Of a stretch of DNA of 64,000 nt, positions 58,149 to 64,000 are shown one piece after another (position 1 is the first letter of the stretch; the number at the start of each line of letters is the position of its first letter). A program made the position numbers and the translations under genes. The notes under the pieces were generated by a model. It did not search any database. It was not told the DNA's origin and saw only the letters and a program-made list of their open reading frames with translations. The DNA lies in IMG/VR virus record IMGVR_UViG_3300002835_000007, positions 1 to 64,000 of that record. One strand, written 5' to 3'.

Positions 58149-58653
58149 TGAGAAATACCATAACAAAAATGCTAGGATTTATACTTATGAACCTAGCATT
58201 TGTTTGGATTCATAGAGTATGTTTCCAATTCGAACCAATCATGGCTTTAATAAGTGTATTAATACACATATTAATATTAATTTATTTCCCTTACAAAGGA
58301 TTAAAACCAAAAGAGGATTAATTTCCTCTTTTTTTTTTTACAAAAAGTTTGCATAATTAAAAAACATTAACTACATTTGTATTATAAATAAAAATAATAG
58401 TTATGGAAACAACATTTAACAACAGAGTATTGAATAATGACATTAGAGAACTTATGTCTAATTTAGAGAATTTTGAATTCTCAGTAGGTAAAGTTAGCGG
58501 CAACTCAATTGAAGTATACGATAAAAGTAATCAATCACAAGGTAGTTATGTTTATAATAAAAACATTAAACACAGAGATGAAGATTATAATACTTTATTA
58601 GAAGTTATCGAAAATAATTTGGTTAATTAAAAAATTTTACATACATTTGTACT

Positions 58654-59124
58654 ATGAATATATTTGTTTTAGATACCGACCCAAGAACATGTGCTGTTTA
58701 TCACAATGACAAGCACGTTGTTAAAATGATACTTGAGACAGCACAGTTATTATGTGGTGTACATCATGCGACTGATAGTCAATATGACATACCATACAAG
58801 TTATCACATAAAAATCATCCATGTGCTATTTGGGCTCGTGAGTGTTATGAGAATTACATTTGGTTATGTGATTTAGGTTTAGAATTGTGTGCTGAATACA
58901 CATATCGTTATGGTAAACGTCACAAATCAGAAGACATCATTGAATGGTGCTTGCTGCATAAACCAAACATACCAGAGAAAGGTGATATTACACCATTTGC
59001 ATTGGCAATGCCAGACGAATGCAAGGTAGGTGATGCAGTTGCATCATACAGAGCATACTATATGGTAGAGAAACGTGGGTTTGCTGTATGGAAGAATAGA
59101 GAAGTACCACAATGGTTTAATTAA
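58654..59124 (+). CDS. pyrimidine-dimer glycosylase-like protein (DenV-related)
   Basis: MNIFVLD...HVVKMILETAQLL...HKNHPC..W...EYTYRYGKRH. Confidence 0.8.
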   Translation: MNIFVLDTDPRTCAVYHNDKHVVKMILETAQLLCGVHHATDSQYDIPYKLSHKNHPCAIWARECYENYIWLCDLGLELCAEYTYRYGKRHKSEDIIEWCLLHKPNIPEKGDITPFALAMPDECKVGDAVASYRAYYMVEKRGFAVWKNREVPQWFN

Positions 59125-59368
59125 AAATAGAATAATGAATGATATATTTTACGTTATTTTTATTGCATTGTTCACATTATTGGGTGCTTGGTATGCACCT
59201 AAAATGACATTGGCAATGTATTTGTTTGGTATTGGTTTAACTCCAATAGCTATTGTTGTTATGATTATGAGTCTTATGACTGAAATAACAATAAAATTTG
59301 ATAAAAAAGATTTGGATAATCTAAATTAATTTTATACCTTTGTATTATAAATTTTAAAACTAAAAAAA

Positions 59369-59689
59369 ATGGAAGCGAAAATTTTTAAATTCGAAAAAGA
59401 AAAGAATAATAAATGGTACATTGTGTTACCAGAATGGCAAGGCGACAAAGAAGAACTAGAAATGGTTGCTGGTGCTGACAAATTGTTAGATATCTTATCT
59501 AACAAAACAAACGAAGTTGATGTTAAGTTTGGTGCAGAACCATTTGATGGTTGCAACACATTAACGCATGATAGCAACGGTAACTATTTGAACGATGCTG
59601 AACATGGACCTAACAAGGTTTGGTTATGCCACGTTACTAAGTTCGTTTTTGGTGATTACCCAGATAACATTTATTACTCTAAAAACTAA
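59369..59689 (+). CDS. conserved hypothetical protein
   Basis: WYIVLPEW..L.MVAGAD.LLD...WLC.VT.FVFG.YP. Confidence 0.7.
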   Translation: MEAKIFKFEKEKNNKWYIVLPEWQGDKEELEMVAGADKLLDILSNKTNEVDVKFGAEPFDGCNTLTHDSNGNYLNDAEHGPNKVWLCHVTKFVFGDYPDNIYYSKN

Positions 59690-59693
59690 AATT

Positions 59694-62600
59694 ATGAAAA
59701 AATATCTAATTAGTTCGTTTGTTTGGTACCTTATTTTATCTTTTGGTATGTTTGTAATCTGGTTGTTAACTGGTATAACTGGTCTTATTTTAATCAGAGT
59801 TATTGTGTCATTGATACTAGGTTATTTTAAACCAATACAAAATTTAAATTTACCTTTTAAATAAAATGGAAAAATATAGAATTATATCAGAGAATCCTAG
59901 TGATGTAACAAAAACTGAATGGTTCATTCAACGCAAAAAGTTTTGGGGTTGGAGAACTATTGAAGTAAATGAAAACAATAGGTCAACAGAATTATCTTTT
60001 GGTTCATTGGGTGAAGCTGAATTCTATATGTATAAAAATTATTTCAGAGATGGGTGGGTTTATCAACCAACACCTAACGAATATCGGTATGAACGTAACA
60101 CTTATTATGGTTATTAATTATGAAGACATTAAACGTAAACGGTAGAGAATTTCAATATGAAGTTGAAACTTATATGGGGGAGTTTGGTACTTTCGAAGAA
60201 ACTGTATTTTATGAGGGTTTTAAAACTTATAGTAGAAAGAGATATTTTTTATTTGGTGATATGATAACCATATCAAAACCAATATGGGTTTTTACTATCC
60301 ATTGTAATATTGAAAGTGAAGGATATACTAAATCTGAAATCAAAGAAAAAATAGATAGACAGATACAATTGTTGGAACGTAAAAAACAAATAGAAAATGG
60401 AGAAATCATTTAACTTTGAAACACTGGAAGAACGTTATTTAAAACAAATGGCTAACTCCATTACAGTTTCAGTGGAAGACTTAACAGACAACGAAAGAAC
60501 TCTTATAAGAGAATCTTTTGATTTGTTTGAAGCAAAATTGGAAGAGATTAAAACGCTGCAAGATGATGTTAAACGTTTGTCAATTGATTTAGCTAACATC
60601 AAAGTGATGCATGAGGATGCTTATAAACCTAGACATAAAGATGATTATGATGATAGTACATTTGATTCACACGACTTAGATTATAAATAATATGGAAAAT
60701 TTTAAAGAAGAAAATTTTTTTGAAAGAATATCTAATTCATTTAAAAAGAAATTAGTATTAAAAATAGGTCAATTAGGTGTTTATCACGATAAGTTAGCGT
60801 TTTACACTGAGAACGATGGGTCTGATGTCATTAAGCATAATATTTATGTAAAGATAAAGATTGTGGAGGTATACGACCAACTGGTTGAAATTGAAGTATT
60901 GGATTTTACTATATCAGATTCAGCTAGTCAAGACATAATAAACTTAGTTAAAAACAACATGCCTAAATATGTTAATCCAAGAATAGTTAGGTGGCAAAAA
61001 TTAGATTAATATGGTAGCAATTGGCATTATAACATTGATTGGTTTCTCATTGGTAGCATGGTGGATTATTGATGGTGAACGTAAACTTAGAAAAAATGAT
61101 TAACTGGGAACATTATGAATTCAATGATGAACAAGAAGTTCAGATTATTGATGGAGATAAAACTTTTACATTGAAAGTTAAACTAATCGAATATGAATGG
61201 TCGCTGCACAGAGAACCTTATCTTGCAGACTTAAAGGTTATTGATACTACCAATGAAGAAGAATATCCATTAGAAAGCATAATGCGTTTGCCAATAGAAA
61301 CAAAAGATTATGTTAATTTCTTATTGTTTGCACCAACTGATAAAGCACCTGGACGTGAGTTAAAAAGAAAAGGTAACATTACATTGTTAAACTTATGATT
61401 AAACAAGAAGCAACTTACTATGATAACTATAACATTAAAACATCTTCAGAATATAATGAAGGTGTTTTAGTTGCTTATGCAAAATACAACGAGAAAGGTA
61501 ATGTAATCTTAAATAATGTTATTGATGAATACGAAGAAAGATTTGAGTATGATAAGAAAAATAGATTGGTAAGATGGTCTTGTATTTATTCTACAAAAGA
61601 AAATTCATGGAAAACATTTTCTTATTCAAAAGATAAAATGACAATTCTACATAGAAGGATAGGAAACCCACCAGTTATACATAAAATGGTATTTGGACCA
61701 GAAGAAAACGGTATGCGAGATATGATTTCTGAAAAATTTCTATAATTTTATTTGGTGGATTAAAAAAGAATTTGTACATTTGTTAAAAATAAAACAATAT
61801 GAAAAAGGTTTCAATTAAAACTGGTATGTTAGCCACAGATTTAGGTTATCGTGACTCTAATGATATGTGGTTGTTTAAAACAGAAAAGGGTAGTTTGTAT
61901 GGTACTAACACTAGAGGTGGTATCAGTGGCAAAGAAAAGACATTCAAACAACCTACTCAAACTGAATTACAATCATGGTTAAGAAAGAAAGGTATCGATG
62001 TATATGCTATCCCAACAACTTATGAAGGTGATAAGACATATGCAGCAGTGTTGCATACTGGAGATAAAATGGAGTATGTTAAGACTGGTGTTAAATCATA
62101 TGAAAAAGCAATTGAGTTAGGTTTGAAGGACGCATTACTAATCTTAAAACAAAAGAAAAATGGATAATAGTAGAAGAATAGTATTTGTTGTGATTTTTAT
62201 AGTGGCAGTACTCACGTTACTTGGTATTGTTAGTAAATCACATAGACAGAATAATATTGTAATCAGAACAGCAACACAAGAATTTATTGTTAATGATTAT
62301 TATCAAGATGAAAATTGTATTGAGTTTAATTATGATGGTGAATTGAGAACCATTTGTGGTGACTACGAAATAATAGAATGAGTAGGTGTGATGAATGGAA
62401 TGGGACATATGGTCACATTGCTAATTACCTTATAGACAAAAAAGGTATGCCAGATAGAAAAGCATTTGCTGCCGCTAAAACATTGGTGTATAAATACACT
62501 GATTCAGTTAAGTTCAAAGGTTCTTTCAGCGACAGAGTTATGTATGTCAGAAAGAATTATAGTAGTTTTATGAATTATTTAAATAATAATTTGGTTGTTT

Positions 62601-64000
62601 AAATTATTATTAGTACATTTGTTTTATGAAAAGATTTATAATTTTATTGTTTTTAATTTCAACGAATTTTTCTTTTACTCAAGTATCAAAAGGAAAAATA
62701 ATTGACAGCGTATATTCTTATGTTAAAATAACAAAGATTGATGAAGGTAAGTATACTAAAATCGAAGGTATAGGAAAATACAAAGACAAAGATATCACAG
62801 TTTACAATAATTGGTATGAACCACTTTGGCCAATATACAGTTTAAGTGTAGGAATATATATTTATCGTAAGATTTATATTGTAAAAGAAACAAAAAATGG
62901 TAAAACGATAAAATTTGGAAGAACTAATTATATTGATTTTATAGTTCCAGCAGAATAATTAAAAATAAATTTTATGAAGTTAACATTATTAATGATATTA
63001 CTATCATTCACATTATTTGGTCAAGATTCTATTGAAGTTGTAGAAAGAACTTATTTAGATAAAAACACATTAACTTTTAGTGATTTTAAAGGTTGTGACT
63101 CTAATCAAACAATTAGAGTTGTTTATGATTATGATATATCAACTGCTGTTTCTTCTATTTTATCTGAAAGATATAAAAAATTTGAAGTCTTTCATGAAGA
63201 TATCGTTGAAGGTAACTATTATTTTATTAAACGAGCAGCAATTGATTCTAATAAAAATGTTTTAGCTATAAACATATTCTCAAATGGTCTTGAAGATTTT
63301 ATTCAATACGTTATATGTAATGTTGAAAGCGATAATGAAATCATGACTGATTTGCTAAGACGCAGAACAAAAAAGATTTATGTTAATTACTTTCAAGTGA
63401 TATCGAAAAACAATGAGCAAAGTGAGTTTGTTGCTGTTACTATTGAAAGAAGAATGTCAATAGAAAAGTATTTACTGTTTAATAAAAAAGAATGAATATG
63501 ATATTAGTTTGGACACTTAGAATTATAACTTTTATATTAGGTATAGTACCTCTTATATTAGCAATACCAGCTGGATTGTTATATGTAATCTCAGAAGGTT
63601 TAGAGGATTATCTTTACTTTAAGGAGATTAAAGATAAAGATAGATTTCAAAAAGAAATGTTAGATAACATAAAAGAAAAATCAAAAAACCTATGAAGTGG
63701 TTAATTGTGTTTTTATTATTGGTTAGTTTTAAAAGTGTTGGTCAGACTTATAATTTGAGCAACACTTTAGGTTTTAACTATACCGATAATCAAGTTAAAG
63801 CTTATTCTGGTTCTTTCATTTCATCTAATGGTTATGAAAAAAAATGGTTTTCTATTAATAATTCATTGAATGAAAACATTACATACGTAGGTAAAATAAC
63901 ACAACATGAATTCGCTAATAAACTAACGTTGGCTTTATCACAAGGAAAACATAGTGCGTTCATTAACTATCAGACAAACTATTCGTTGACCAGAAATTTA
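59694..64000 (+). other. run of small plus-strand hypothetical genes
   Basis: Tightly packed ORFs of 60-175 aa with no recognisable motifs; several TACATTTG promoters. Confidence 0.6.

Noticed and set aside
2134-60409. Minus-strand ORFs in the track
   Set aside because: They are antisense shadows of plus-strand genes or tRNAs, without motifs or start context.
1-64000. Stop-codon reassignment
   Set aside because: Genes are full length in code 11, TAG/TGA end conserved genes, and there is no CTA/TCA-anticodon tRNA.
1-64000. CRISPR array
   Set aside because: No regularly spaced identical repeats; recurring motifs are promoters or RNA modules.

Overview
AT-rich, almost entirely plus-strand accessory region of a large (jumbo, probably T4-related) bacteriophage. 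The host is most likely Bacteroidota: about 25 TTG-N~20-TACATTTG promoters, A-rich translation starts without Shine-Dalgarno sequences, and Bacteroidota-type RpoD and DUF3127 genes. The window holds three tRNA regions (about 17 tRNAs, a pseudo-tRNA, a GIY-YIG endonuclease) and an OmpA-fused ABC transporter operon. It also carries an NAD+ salvage/ADP-ribose block (NadM-Nudix, SLOG, NAMPT, NADAR, Macro, Sir2, Prs), translation and RNA-quality genes (IF3, SmpB, RNase R, Smr, YqeY), two sigma factors and many small hypothetical genes. Four observations stand out. (1) Two unannotated leader-peptide attenuators whose codon-rich cores match the amino acids of the tRNA arrays behind them: FEFDFFAAEADF before tRNA-Phe/Glu/Asp/Ala, and KTTVTTYQPKQTQGGKP before tRNA-Pro/Gln/Tyr/Thr/Gly/Lys. 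This suggests ribosome-sensed, on-demand tRNA expression. (2) Five RNAs share a stem+CAGCAA module: four joined to a tRNA body in two circular permutations (Y-RNA/YrlA-like), one carrying a bare anticodon hairpin. (3) A chimeric protein carries a T4 Gol-like capsid segment plus a prohead-protease fragment. (4) A tRNA-Gly has the rare ACC anticodon. All protein calls are motif recognition by eye; no searches were run.
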